Below, one piece after another: positions 14,554 to 28,425 of a DNA stretch of 64,000 bases (its first letter is position 1; each line of letters begins with the position of its first letter). The stretch is from assembly GCF_030028105.1 (NCBI RefSeq), contig NC_092383.1, positions 50,428,961-50,492,960 on the forward strand, given 5' to 3'. The notes under the pieces were generated by a model. The model did not search any database and had not been told where the DNA came from. It saw only the letters and a list, made by a program, of their open reading frames with translations. Made by a program: the position numbers and the translations under genes. Source of the DNA: Mobula birostris. Taxonomy: Eukaryota.

Positions 14554-14929
14554 CTAAGTCAACAGAAAATCCGAGGTTTTTGTTGTGATTGAAGTTCTTT
14601 GCCTAACGTGCACTCAAATTAAATCGCAAAGAATCAGGTTATAGTTATTCCTTTCTGTCCAATTGTTCCCATAGAGGTAATTGCATTATCTTCTTAAAAA
14701 GATGGGACTTCTTGATGAAAACTGCTTGCAAAGTGATTTTGGACATGAGGTAACTGAGATTAAACGTAAAAAATGGCAATAGATTTTTCTGTCTGACTAT
14801 GCTGGTCCTTCATTTTGGCACGGTTTTCGGGTTTGCAGCAGGTTGTAAGCAGTGACCACTAGATATGATATACTTTCACGACTGACTAATGTGGTGGCAA
14901 ACCCATGATCTTTGATATGAATATAGTGT

Positions 14930-15530
14930 TATTTTCACCATTGATGCAGCTTCACCCCATCTCCTCCATTTCATGGACTTTCTCACTCACCTCATCTCCC
15001 GCCTCTTTAACAGGGATAGAGTTCCTTCTGTTCTCACCTGCCAATCCAATGAGCCCCCCCCCCCCGCATCGAACACATAGTCCTCTACAACTTCTTTCAC
15101 CTTCAGTGGGATCGAACCACCAAACACATCTTTACGTCCCCTCCCCCCCCCACCCCCCGTTTTATGCAGGGGTCGCACCCTCCGTGATTCCTTTGTCCGT
15201 TCGTCCTCTCTCTGGTCTCTTATCTCTTCGCCTCACCGCCCTCTGGAACCGCTACTTCTTCCCTTTCTCCCATGGGCCATTCTTCTTTCTTATCGGATTC
15301 CTTCTTCTCCAACCCCTTACCTTACCTGCACAACTGGCTTCAACTATCACCTGCTAGCTCGTCCTCCATCCCCCACCTATGTACTCTGGCGTCTTCTCCC
15401 TTACTTTCCAGTCCTGATGAAGGGTCTCAGCCCGAAACGTCTACTGTTTATTTATATCGATAGATGCTGCCTGACTTACTGTATTTTGCGTATGTTGATC
15501 TGGATTTCCAGCATATGCAGAATGTCTTAT
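14930..15530 (+). mobile_element. Degenerate Penelope-like fragment with 3' terminal repeat
   Basis: Matches parts of the element at 54658-57579 in inverted orientation. Confidence 0.75.
15409..15446 (+). ncRNA. Minimal hammerhead ribozyme motif (Penelope-associated)
   Basis: cagtc-CTGATGA-agggtctcagccc-GAAA-cgTC-tactg; core intact, one stem I mismatch. Confidence 0.65.
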
Positions 15531-15880
15531 GTCAATTACGAGTGACATCACCACACTTTTTGGAAGAAAAGCACTTGATGGGAAATAGATGTTGGATACA
15601 TCAGTAACAGCCACATACTCAGTGTTCCTACTGTCGTCTAGTCTTGAATAGCAGAACGTCTGTTTTGTTTCTGAAGTTCATTAAATGGACTATACCATAG
15701 TTGTAACTCGTACCTCGTAGACATTGAGAAGACTAAGAGGAAGATAGCTATAGCCAATCTCTTATCTACCCATGCAGGCAGCACCTTTATGAGCCTGCTC
15801 TGACGGCTGGAACGTGCTATTTCTATTCAGAACAATTTGTGTTTCGGCGGGACAGTGGAGAATGATATTTACTCAATTAC

Positions 15881-15907
15881 CTGTCTCCTTCTGCTCCAAG
15901 CTATTTT
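15881..15907 (-). CDS. 27-nt phase-1 micro-exon, ENSLEQKET
   Basis: tcttgcatttgtcgcag|AAAATAGCTTGGAGCAGAAGGAGACAG|gtaatt. Confidence 0.78.
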
Positions 15908-16984
15908 CTGCGACAAATGCAAGATAGACAGTGTTTTTTAAACTTATCCCCTGCCTATTTATATCTTATGATTTCAGTGTAAATCATATCTCCAATTATT
16001 ACACAGAGTTCGACAAACTGTAAAGACCTGAGAAACCGCCATACAGGAATTGGGATTAAACAGTCACGTGAAGCATTTTGGATGTATTCTGCTTCTCATT
16101 ATAATGAAGAGGATCTCCCCCCGGTGAAACATTGCAGTCTGTCCAATCGATTACCATAAGATATATCTTTCCTGTAATACCATGAGTATTTATCTTGTTT
16201 AGCGGCCTCACGTGTGGCACCTTGTCAAAGACCTTCTGAAAGACAGTAAACAACATGTACGGACTCTCGTTTGTCTATCCTGCCTGTTAGTTTTTTCAAA
16301 GAAGTCCAACAGATTTGTTAGGCAAGATTTCCCCTCAAGGAATCCATGGCTCTACTAGCCTCGCACCATATGCAGGCTCGGCCTCGATCAGAATGCCTTG
16401 AATTTCTGGCATAATGCTAATGTCCTCCAGAGTGAAGACTGGCGGTAGATATTGATTGAGTTCATTCGAACTCCTCGGTATATGTGGAAAAGGTATCTGC
16501 ACGCCTAAATTCAGGTATACATAAAGAAAATCCAGCACGTCGGGCTCTTCAGCAGTAATTCTCGTTATTGGATTGCATTGTTTTGAACTGTTGCGATTTC
16601 CAGATATTCTGGTTCAAATTTTATTATCATACAACCATTCACATGGATATAGACAAACGAACGACGTTTTCTCGGGAGGCAGGGTGTAGAACACGGTGTC
16701 AACGGTCACACATAGCACACAGTACATATAATTGTGATAGCAGCGTTTCCTTCCGTGGACGTCTCTCTTTATTGTAGAATTACCTCAGATCTTAAACGTT
16801 AAACCTGATGCTGCTTGATCTGCTCACTGTTTTCAGCATTTTCTGTTTTTGTTCAATTAATTCTTCAGTGGTAGCTATGTTGAAGAAATTGCTGGTTTGA
16901 CTAACAGAGAGAATTTCCATAATTTTTCAACTCTCAATTCTCGAACCTAAATCCATATCCACAAATTTTATCCCCAGTTTCATT

Positions 16985-19900
16985 AATATAGAACAGTACA
17001 GCACAGCAGAGCACAGCACTGGAAAAGGGCATTCGGCCCACAATATTGTAACGAACCAGCTAAAAAGCTAATCAAACACAACCAAACACTCATCCCTCCT
17101 GTCTACACAATGCTCATATGCCGCCAGCTTCCTTACATCCATGCGACGATCCAAACGCCTCTTAAAAGCTTGTAAGATAAATCCCTCTACCACCATACCA
17201 GGCAGCGCATTCCAGGCATCCATCACTCTCTGAATAAATATCTTACCCCTCACATCCTCCTTGAAACTACCCACTCTCACCTTCAATGCATACCCTTGGG
17301 TGTTAGAGATTGCCACCCTGGGAAACAGATACTCCCAGTCTACTCCATCTACACCTCATAATCTTATAAATCTACCATATCTTACCTCAGTCTCCATGGC
17401 TCCAGAGAAAACAACCCAAGTTTATCTAGCGTTTCATAGTAGCACATGCCCTCTAAACCAAGCAGAATCCTGGTAAACCTCTTCTGCATCCCCTTCAAAG
17501 CCTCAAAATTCTTCCTATAGTGTGGCGACCAGAACTGTATGCAATATTCCAGATGTGACCTAACCAGAATTTTATAAAGTTGCAACAAAACCACTTCACT
17601 CTCGAACTCATTGCTTCGACTAATAAAAACAAGCACTCCATTAGCCTACTTCACTGCCTTATCGACTTTCAAGGATCTATGAAGTTAGATCCCAAGATCT
17701 CGCTGCTCAGCAACGCTGTTAAGGATCTTACTGTTAAAAGTGTACTGTTCCCTTGCATTTGCCCTACCAAGGTGTAACACCTCATATTTATTCGGGTTAA
17801 ACTCCATTTGCCATTTCTCCGCCCATATCCGCAACTGATCTATATCACGCTGTATTCTTTGTCAGTCTTTTACACTATGAACAACTCTACCAATCATGGT
17901 ATTATCCGCAATCTTACTAATACACCCATCTACATTTTCATCCAAGTCATTTATATACATCAGAAACACTAAATGTCCCAGAACAGACCCCTGCAGAACA
18001 CCATTAATTTCAGACCTCTAGATCGAATAAGCCCCTTCAACCACAACCCTCTGTCTTCTATACACAAATCAGTTCGAAATTCAATCAGCCAATTCATTAC
18101 GCATCTTAATCTTCTGGATTAGCCTCCCATGAGGAACTTGTCAATCGTCTTACTAAAATCTATGCAGACAAATTCCGTGTACTGTCATCAATCTCTCTTG
18201 GCACTTTGTCAAAATACTCTAAATCAAGTTGGAAAAACATGAAATGCCCCGCACAAAGCCACGCTGACCCTCCCCTATGGGTTTCCAAATGTTCATGTAT
18301 CCTATCTCTAAAAAACCTCTCCAGCAATTTCCCTGCAACTGGCTTGAGACTCAATGGAGTTCAGTTCTCAGGAATTGCCCTTGTTCACTTCATAAATAGA
18401 AGTAGAACATTAACCACTCGGCAGTCATCTGGGACCTCCCCCGTGGCCACAGGGAACACGACGATACTGATCTATAGACAACAGACAATAGACAATAGGT
18501 GCAGGAGTAGGCCATTCAACCGTTCGAGCCAGCACCACTATTCACTGTGATCATGGCTAATCATCCACAATCAGTACTCTTTTCCTGCCTCCTCCCCATA
18601 TCTCTTCACTCTGCTATCTTTAAGAGCTCTATCTAACTCTTTTTTGAAAAAAATCCAGAGAATTGGCCTCCACTGCCTTCTGAGACAGAACATTCCACAG
18701 AACCACAATCCTCTGTGTGAAAAAGTTTTTCCTTAACTCCGTTCTAAATTGTCTACCCCTTATTCTTAAACTGTGGCCTCTGGTTCTGGACTCCCCCAAC
18801 ATCGGGAACATGTTTCCTGCCTCTAGCTTGTCCAATCCCCTAATAATCTTATATGTTTAAATCAGATCCCCTCCAATCCTTCTAAGTTCCAGTGTATACA
18901 ACCCCAGTTGCTCCAATCTTTCAACATATGACAGTCCCGCCATCCCGGGAATTAACCTCGTGAACCTAGGCTGCGCTCCCTCAATAGCTAGAATGTCCTT
19001 CCTCAAATTTGGAGACCAAAACTGTACACAATATTCCAGGTGTGGTCTCACCAGGGCCCTGTACAACTGCAGAAGGACCTCTTTGCTCCTATACTCAATT
19101 CCCCTTGTTATGAAGTCCAGCATACCATTAGCTTTCTTCACTGCCTGCTGTACCTGCATGCTTACTTTCAGTGACTGATGAACAAGGACACCTAGATCTC
19201 GTTGTACTTCCCCTTTTTCTAACTTGACACCATTCAGATAGTAATCTGTCTTCCTGTTCTTGCCACCAAAGTGGGTAACCTCACATTTATCCGCATTAAA
19301 CTGCATCTGCCCACTTAGCCAATCTGTCCAATTCACCCTGCATTCTCATAATATCCTCTTCACAATTCACACTGCCACCCAGCTTTTTGTTACCTGCAAA
19401 TTTGCTAATGTTACTTTTCATCCCTTCATCTAAATCATTAATGTATATTGTAAATAGCTGCGGTCCCAGCACCGAGCCTTGCAGAACCCCACTAGCCACT
19501 GCTTGCCATTCTGAAAAGGACACATTAATCCCTACTCTTTGTTTCTTGTCTGCCAACCAATTTTCTATCCATGTCAGTACCCTACCCCCAATACCATTTG
19601 CTCTAATTTTGCACACTAACCTCCTATGTGGGACCTTATCAACGGCTTTCTGAAAGTCCAGGTACACTACATCCACTGGCTTTCCCATGTCCATTTTCAT
19701 AGTCACATTCTCAAAAAATTCCAGAAGATTAGTCAAGCATGATTTCCCCTTCGTAAATCAATGCTGACTCTGACCTATCCTGCCACTGCTATCCAAATAT
19801 GCCCCTATTACATCTTTTATAATTGATTCCAGCATCTTCCCCACCACTGATGTCAGACTAGCTGGTCTATAGTTGCCTGTTTTCTCTCTCCCTCCTTTCT

Positions 19901-22900
19901 TAAAAAGTGGGATAACATTAACTACCCTCCAATTCGCAGGAACTGATCCTGAATCTATAGAACATTGGAAAATGATTACCAATGCGTCCACGATTTCTAC
20001 AGCCACCTCCTTAAGTACTCTCGGATGCAGACCATCAGGCCCTGGGGATTTATCAACCTTCAGTCCCATCAGTTTACCCAACACCATTTTGTGCCTGATG
20101 CGAATTTCCTTCAGAACCTCTGTTAGCCTAGGTCCTCTGGCCACTATTACATCTGGGAGATTGTTTGTGTCTTCCATAGTGAAGACAGATCCAAAGTACC
20201 TGTTCAGCTCGTCTGCCATTTCCTTGTTCCCCATAATAATTTCACCCGTTTCTGTCTTCAAGGGCCCAACTTTGGTCTTAACTATTTTTTTCCTCTTCAC
20301 ATACCTAAAGAAGCTTTCACTATCCTCCTTTATATTTCTGGCTAGCTTACCTTCGTACCTCATCTTTTTCTCCCGGATTGCCTTTTTAGTTATCTTATGT
20401 TGCTCCTTAAAAGACCCCCAATTCTCTGGCTTCCCACTCATCCTTGCTATGTTATACTTCCTCTCTTTTATTTTTATACTGTCCTTGATTTCCCTTGTCA
20501 TCCACGGTGGCCCCTTACTCCCCTTAGAACTTCTCTTCCTCTTTGGAACGAACTGATCCTGCACATTCTGTATTATTCCCAGAAATACCTGCCATTGTTC
20601 CACTGTCATCCCTGCTAGGGTATCTTTCCAGTCAACTCTTGCCAGCTCCTCCCTCATGTGTCCATAGTCCCCTTTGTTCAACTGTAATACTGACACTTCC
20701 AATCTTCCCTTCTCCTTCTCAAATTGTAGTTTAAAACTTATCATATTATGGTCATTACCTCCTAATGGCTCCTTTACCTTGAGTTCCCTTATCAAATCTG
20801 TCTCATTACACAACACTAAATCCGGAATTGCCTTCTCCCTGGTAAGCTTTAATACAAGCTGCTCTAAGAATCCATCTCTGAGGCATTCCACAAACTCCCT
20901 TTCTTGGGGTCCAGTACCAACCTGATTTTCGCAATCTACCTGCATGTTAAAATCCCCCATAACAAATGTAGAATTACCTTTGCAACATGCCAATTTAACC
21001 TCTTGATTTAACTTGCACCCTATATCCAGGCTACTGTTTGGGGGCCTGTAGATAACTCCCATCAGGGTCTTTTTGCCCTTACAGTTTTTCAGTTCTATCC
21101 ATACTGACTCTACATCTCCTGATTCTATGTCCCCCCTCGCAAGTGACAGAATGTCATTCCTTACCAACAGAGCCACTCCACCCTCTCTGCCAACCTGTCT
21201 GTCCTTTCGATAGGATGTATATCCCAGAACATTCGTTTCCCAGCCCTGGTCCTCTTGCAGCCATGTCTCAGTTATTCTCACAACATCATACTTGTCAATT
21301 TCCAACTGAGCTTCAAGCTCATCCACTTTATTTCTTATACTCCGTGCATTCATATTTAATACTTCTAATCCTTTTAAAGTAATACTTTTACTCCCCTCAC
21401 CTTTCACATCGATTCCTATTGCACTTGCCTGTACTCTCCGATCCCTTCCTGATCTTTCTGTCCCTTTAATTCTGTTGTCTTTCTTAAATTTTCTTATTCT
21501 CTCATTCCCTTTAACTCCATTCTTATATTTCCAGTTCATCCCCTCCCCCCTCCCCAAATACTTAGTTTAAACACACCCGTGTAGCAGTGGCAAACTTGCC
21601 TGCCAGAACGCTGGTCCCCCGTCTGTTAAGGTGCAACCCGTCCTTCTGTATAATTCATTCTTACACCAAAACAGATCCCAGTGGTCCAAGAATCTAAATC
21701 CCTGCTCCCCGCACCAGCTCCTCAGCCACACATTCAGATCCCCTATCTCCCTGTTCATGACCTCTCCAGCACAAAGAATTGGAAGCAAACTCGGGATAAC
21801 CACCCTGGAGGTCCTGTTTTTCAGCCTTCTTCCGAGTTCTCTGAAGTCACGCTATAAAATGTCTCTCATCTTCTTCCCGATGTCATTTGTGTCGACATGC
21901 ACCACCACCTCCGGCTGATCACCTTCTCCCTCGAGGATGCCCTGCAATCGGCCCGAGATGTCCTGGATCCTGGCTCCAGGGAGGTAACACACCATCCTTA
22001 AATCCCGCCTGTTGCCGCAGAAACTTCTATTTGTACCTCTCACTATGGAGTCCCCTACTATCACGGCTCTGCCTGACGTCTGTTTCCTCGGCATTATTTC
22101 AGCGCCAATTTTTGACTCGCAGCCCCGTCCGCCTCTCAGACTGGAACTATCTTTTGTCCCGACAGCTTCCAAGAGGGTAAGCCTGTTTTCAAGAGGCACA
22201 TCCCCCTTGTTTTCCTGTACTCCAAGCATCCATCCCTTTCTCATCTTCGCCCCCCCTTCTCTCTTGCGGTATCTTCGGTGTAACGATCTCGCTGCAGGTC
22301 CTGTCCAGAAATCTCTCGGTTTCCCGGATGAACCTGAGGTCATCCAGCTGCCTCTCCAGTGCCTCACCACGGTCCTTCAGGAACTGAAACTGGATACACT
22401 TTCCACATTTGTAGCAACCAGAGGCACTATCAACGTCCCTGACCTCCCACACCATGCAAGCAGCACACTGAACCAGTTGACCTGTCATTTCTTCACCACT
22501 TCTCACCCTCTCCAACTGTGGCGTAGTCTCCTTCCTCAGCCTTCTCGCCGAAGACTCCCGAGCCAAAGACTGGCACTTTGCCCGCAAGACACTTTCCTTG
22601 ACAAGGCCGCTCCCCAACAGGCCGCTCCCCTAGAACAAACCTTGATTATATTGGCTGATATTTGACTAATTCGATTCACTTGTCGCACCTCGGCCGACCT
22701 CGAACGTTTGTCTTGCAGACTCAAAGCCACAACAGTCGCGTCTCATTCCTCCTTCGCTACTCTAGGGTAAATCTCATAAAGCCCGAAGGACTTATCCACC
22801 CTAATACTCTGTAGGAAGCCCAATGCTTCCTCCTCAACAACCTTTAAATGCCCTACCGTATTTATACCCTCAGTACTGATCTCCTGGACCTCCACACCGT

Positions 22901-24340
22901 TTTCCTTGGCAAGTACTGAAGTAAAGTACTCATTATCTACCCCTCCCATTCTCTGCATTCAAACAAATGTTCCCCTCTTTATCCTTGAGTAGTCTCACAC
23001 TCTCCCTCGTTATCCCCTTGCTCCTGATGTATGTTTGCAGAATGCTTTGGGATTCATCTTGATCCTACTTGCCAAGGCCCCTCCTGGCTTTCTAATTCCC
23101 CTCTTTGGTTCCTTTCTGGCTTCTTTTTACTCGTAATGTGCTGAGTTTGATTCTAATTTCCGAAAGTTTACATGTTGTTCCTTTTCCTTCTAGACTAAAT
23201 TTATCATTTCTCCGAACTTTTAAGGTTCTCTTATCTTCCATCTCCGTCCTTCCATCTAACGGGAACATATGTTTCCCGTACCCTATGTAATTGATCTTTA
23301 AATACCATCCACAAGTCTGACGTGGACTTGAAAGAAAAAAAGGTCTTCCCAATTAACTCTTCTTAGTTTCTGTCTGATGCCCTAGTAATCTTCCCTTCTC
23401 CAATTTAAAACTCTCCTGCAAGGACCATAACTATCCTTATCTGTAGCTATCCTAAAAGGTAAGGAGTTGTGTCACTGTTCCCTAATTGCTCACCCACTGA
23501 GCTGTCCTTCACCTGGCCAGGCTCATTATCCAACACCAGGTCCGGTACGGCCTCTCCTCTCGTTGGACCGCCCACATATTCAAAACATCCTTGATATACT
23601 AAACAAATTCTGCCCCATCTAAACCCTTTGCACTAAGAAGGTCCCAATTCACATTAATGAAGTTGAAATTTACCAGTACAACAATCCTATTATCATACAC
23701 ATTTCCTTAATCTGATTACTTATCTGTTCCTCAATGTCCCGATGGCTATTGAGAGGTAGGTAGTACAATCCCATTGGAGTGCTTGTACTCTTCCTGTTCT
23801 TGACTTTTATCCAAGAACAGGAAGAGGACTCAGTGTCTCAGCCTTCCACTATGACTCCCAAGAGCGCCGTTGTGATATTGTCATTGATTAGTATTGCAAT
23901 GCCCGCCCCCACTGATTTTTCACCTCTTCTATCTTTTCTAAAACTCCTAAAACTTCGCACATTAATCACCCATTCCTGCCTCCTGCCCCTCTCTCAATCA
24001 AGTTTCAGTAATGGCAACAACATCGTATTTCCACGCATTGGTCCGAGCCATAAGTTCATTACCACGAGCCACAAAACTCATAGTATTAAAATAAACACAC
24101 TTCAGACTACCCGACCCATCATACCTGCTATTTCGATTTCAGTACTTTGGCCGACATCTACCTTCCAGCCCGACCCTTCCCTTATTGCCCTGGCACTTTG
24201 TTTCCCAGCCCCCTGCAAAGCTAGTTTAAACTCCCCCGATCAGCGTTTGCAAATCTCCCGGTCAGGATATCGCTTCCCTTCCAGTTTAGGTGCAAGCAAA
24301 TCCTCCCGTTCAGGTCACACCTTCCCAGCAAAAGACTCTA
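16985..24340 (-). mobile_element. Older CR1 LINE interrupted by the near-full-length CR1 at 18473-22720
   Basis: RT 3' half at 16985-18472 (VRSHLEYCIQFWSP); 5' half resumes at about 22720 (RVDKSFG..IYPR). Confidence 0.8.
18473..22720 (-). mobile_element. Near-full-length CR1 LINE: ORF1 (CxxC..CxxC + SGNH esterase) and ORF2 (APE + RT), inactivated by a few stops/frameshifts
   Basis: ORF1 pieces CAACMVWE..CGKC and VIVGDSIVRG. ORF2 19758-21557 (NARSIRNK, ITETW, GVIYRPP, MGDFN) plus 19296-19736 and 18857-19336. (ctattgt)n tail. Confidence 0.95.
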
Positions 24341-24344
24341 ATAA

Positions 24345-25110
24345 TATAACTATATAACCATATAGCAATTACAGAACGGAAACAGGCCATCTCGGCCCTT
24401 CTAGTCCGTGCCGAGCTCTTAATATCAACTAGTCCCACCGACCTGCACTCAGCCCATAACCGTCCATTCCTTTCCTGTCCATATATCTATCCAATTTAAC
24501 TTTAAATGACAACATCGAACCTGCCTCAACCACTTCTGCTGGAAGCTCGTTCCAAACAGTTACCACTCTTTGAGTAAAGAAGTTCCCCCTCATGTTACCC
24601 CTAAACTTTTGCCCTTTAACTCTCAATTCATATCGTCTTGTTTGAATCTCTCCAACCCTCAATGGAAAAAGCCTATCCACGACATCTCTACCTATCCCCC
24701 TCATAATTTTAAATACCTCTATCAAGTTCCCCCCTCAACCTTCTATGCTCCAAAAAATAATGACCCAACTTGTTCAACCTTTCTCTGTAACTTAGGAGAT
24801 GAAACCCAGGTAACATTCTATTAAATCCTCTCTGTACTCTCTCTATTTTGTTGACATCATTCCTATAATTCGGTGAACAGAACTGTACACAATATCCAAA
24901 TTTGGCCTTACCCAATGCCTTGTACAATTTCAACATTACATCCCAACTTCTATACTCAATGCTCTGATTTATAAAGGCCAGCATACCAAAAGCCTTCTTC
25001 ACTAGCCTATCCACATGAGATTCCTCCTTCAGGAACTGTACACCATTATTCCTAGATCCCTCTGTTCTACTGCATTGTTCAATGCCCTACCATTTACAAT
25101 GTATGTCCTA
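24345..25110 (-). mobile_element. CR1 3' fragment of a distinct subfamily
   Basis: ORFs 24429-24725 and 24709-25014; highly similar inverted copy at 45714-46185. Confidence 0.9.
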
Positions 25111-25199
25111 TAATGTATGTCCTACCAAAATAGTCCTACCAAAATGTAGTCCGACCAAAATAATCCAAGAACTTGCAAGGATGTTATAATATCATAATT

Positions 25200-28140
25200 C
25201 TATAAGACGCACACGCAGAATTAGGCTATTCGGCCCAGCGAATCTGATGCACCATTTGAACCTGGTTGATCTACTTCCTTCTCAATCCTGTTTTTGTCAC
25301 AATGGGGGGCGTTGATGGCGGACCAAAGTTCAAGACACAGGCACTGAAGTACAAGGAACAAGACCTTACTAGAGTAGGGACGTGACATGATACCAACAAG
25401 GAGTAGGGACAAGAACGCAGACTGGGGCTTAGACCCCGAGCCAGAGACTGGGGAGGAACCCAGAACCTGGGTCTTGCCTCTGGCTCGGGCCCCAGAACCA
25501 GGCATGGACATGACATGACTGCAGGACTGAAGGTTGGGGTCTTGGGGCTTGAGGCTTGAGCTTGGAGACAGGCTTGGGGTCTTGAGGTTTAAGCTTGGAG
25601 ACAGGCCTGAGGCTGGGGTCTTGGTCTTGGGTCTTCAGTACTTCGAGGCTTGGGTATGGACTCCGAGCCAGAGACTGGACAAGGACCCAGAACCTGGGAC
25701 TTGACTCGGGTTCAGACTCCAGAACTAGGCGAGGACAAGACGAGGCTACAGTACTGGACATGGCTTGGGTGAGGAACTCCTGGGGATGGCGAGACACAAG
25801 GACAGTTAAAGGCACATGGACAGGGCTCAGATAGGACTGGACTAGGCAGGGACTGTATGAAGGCCTTCAGGAGCACGGAGCCTTGGACTAGAAGAGACGG
25901 GAGCACGGAGCCTTGGACTAGAAGAGACGGGAGCATGGAACACAGAGCCGGGACCCCTCCTAGGGAACAGGACGTAGGGCCGGGACTCATACACAGAACG
26001 CTGAACATGAAGAGAGCGATCCCAACTCAAGGTGGCAGCAAACGGCCGGACCCACCTAGCGAAGGCAATGACTCAAAGACAGTTCTGAACACTAGGTAGC
26101 GGCAAATAGCCGGACCTACCTAGCGAAGTAGTGGACACAGAGAGACAATTCCACACAATGAAAGACAGTTCCTTATCTTGACCTAACGAGGCTCCGGTCT
26201 TGCTCCGGCCGTAAAACTTCAGCGATACAGGCGGGGTATCCAGGCTAGGTGAGCAGGCAGAGAGTCAGGCGGCGGGGGGGGGGGGGGGAGACAGGGTGGG
26301 GGGGAGACAAGTAGGGGAACGACAAGGAGGGGAACAGAATAGTTCAGCCGGGAATTCCTGGTTTGCACAGGTATTTATTTCTCAGCCCCAGAACGAGAAA
26401 CATGTGACCACAACAGAAACTGGGGAAAACCAGAAACCCTGGAACAAGGAGCCATGGACTGGACCGTGAACCGGAACACGGACTTCACAGACCGGACCAT
26501 GACAGTTTTTCTGCCTTGTCTCATAAGATTTCACTCCCTGATTAATCAAAAACCTATCAATTTCCACAATAAGTACACCCAGTGACCTGGGCTCCACAGC
26601 CGCCTGAGGCATCGAGTTCCATAGATTCACCACTCTCGTCTCTGTTCTGAATGGAAGACCCTGTATTCAGACGTTGTGTCGTCTGGACCCAGATTCCACC
26701 ACTATGGGAAATATCCTACCCACATCCACTTTACCTAGGCCTTTCAACTTTGGATAGGCTTTAATGAGATTCCACCCCAACCCTCACTCTCCAGCGAGTC
26801 GAGTCCCAGAGCCACCAACCGCACTTCATATGATAATATTTTCACCGCCGGAATGGGTATATTAAACCTCCTTTGAACTCCTTCCAATGTCAGCACATCC
26901 TTTCTCAGATAAGGAGCCGGCCCAAAAGTGCCCACAACACTCCAAGTGCGGCCTCACCACTGCCTTGTAAAGCATTTTGTCCCCCTGTTTCAGTGCAGCC
27001 TATCCCACTGACTGTAATTTTGCCTTGTCATCTGCCTGTCCTTCATAACAGTTGCCTCTGATTGTATTGCAATTGCCCATCCTCATCCCTTTCGCTCTGT
27101 TTCCCATATCCCTACCAAGTGAGCTTAAACCCTCAACAGTCCTAGAGAACCTCTCCACAAGGATCTTGGCTCTCGTCGGGTTCATGTATAACCCGACCCT
27201 TTTGTTCAGGTCATACCTTCCGTAAAAGGGATCACATTGATCCAGAAATCTGAAACCATTGCCCCTTGCACCAGGTTCTCAGCCACGGACTTATTTGCCA
27301 AATTACCCTGTTCTTATCCTCACAGGTGCATGGCACAAGCAGCAATCCAGAGATTACTAACCTGGCGGTCCTACTTTTCATCTTTCTACCTAGCTCCCTA
27401 AATTCTCTCTTCAGCACCTCCTCCCTTTTCCTATTTATGTCCATGGTGTCAGGACTTCTGGCTGCTCACCCTCCCCATTTAGACCATGCTGTGGACTCGA
27501 TTTGCACTATCCCTGACCCTGGAACCTGGGAGCCAACATACCACACCAGTGTGTTAATCGCGTCCACGGGATCTCGCGTCTATTCCTCTAACTATCGAAT
27601 CCCACACCACTATTCAGTCCTCCTCTTCCCTTTCCTCTCTGTGGCACAGCTCCAAGTTCCGAGACAGAGACGCCGTCGCTGCCGTTCCCCTGTAGCAGGT
27701 TGCCCACTCTAACAGTAACTAAAATGGTACACTTATTATTGAGGGAACCGGCCACAGGAGTACTCTGCACAGACTGCCCATTTCGTTTCCCTCTCCAGAC
27801 AATCACCTAGGTATCTGCCTCCTGTAACTTAGGTGTCACTGCCTTTCTGTAGCTCTTATCACCTCCTCACTTTCCCGTAGGTGCCGAAGTTCATTGAGCT
27901 GCAGATCCGGTTGCTTCACGCGTTCTCTGAGGAGTTGCATGTTGGTCCACCTACTGCAGAGATGGTGATCTGGGAGGCTGGAGGTCTCCGAAAATTCCCT
28001 CATCTTACACAAAAAAAAAACATAACACAGTAACTATGTACTAACAGACGAAGAATGAAGAATAAAAAAGAAACTTACCAGATACTCACTTCGCCCAATT
28101 TCTTCTCGCCGAAGACTGATGAGCTGCAGCCTCTTCAACT
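25200..28140 (-). mobile_element. Internally deleted CR1 (3' end joined to ORF1/5' region), host of the LTR-like insertion
   Basis: PYLRKDVLTLEGVQRRF near 26900; esterase-region remnants (VISGLL, WLRTWC) at 27232-27444. Confidence 0.75.
25295..26504. mobile_element. Solo-LTR-like element (1210 bp) with internal tandem repeats
   Basis: TGTCA...TGACA termini; 5-bp TSD gtttt at 25290-25294 and 26505-26509; host CR1 is continuous when it is removed. Confidence 0.8.
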
Positions 28141-28371
28141 CTAAAACCGGCCGGCTCATACAACGGTCAGTGCGGTTGTCCCGACATTAATTTTATTGCT
28201 TGCTAATGAATCGCGATTTGATGGTGTCGCCAGAAAAACAAAGGCTCAAAACCCGCGATGGCTGTTTTTTAAAAACTCACTCACAGACCTGTAAATCGCC
28301 TCATCACTCGCTTCCGATTTGATTGCGCCGCAGGAAAAAAAAAGCCGAAAAGCCACGAACGCTCCTTTTTA

Positions 28372-28425
28372 GCAACACACATCAAAGTTGCTTGAATTTC
28401 CAGCATCTGCAGAATTCCTGTTGTT
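28372..28425 (+). mobile_element. 54-bp Penelope 3'-terminal mini-insertion
   Basis: Matches the terminus at 54658-54712; flanked by direct repeat aacgctccttttta at 28358-28371 and 28426-28439. Confidence 0.85.

Noticed and set aside
19873-20556. 227-aa plus-strand ORF and similar shadow ORFs
   Set aside because: Antisense frames of CR1, Penelope or Gypsy coding sequence.
25430-25940. Spaced repeats resembling a CRISPR array or repeat-protein ORFs
   Set aside because: Irregular internal repeats of an LTR-like element in vertebrate DNA; no constant repeat-spacer period and no cas genes.
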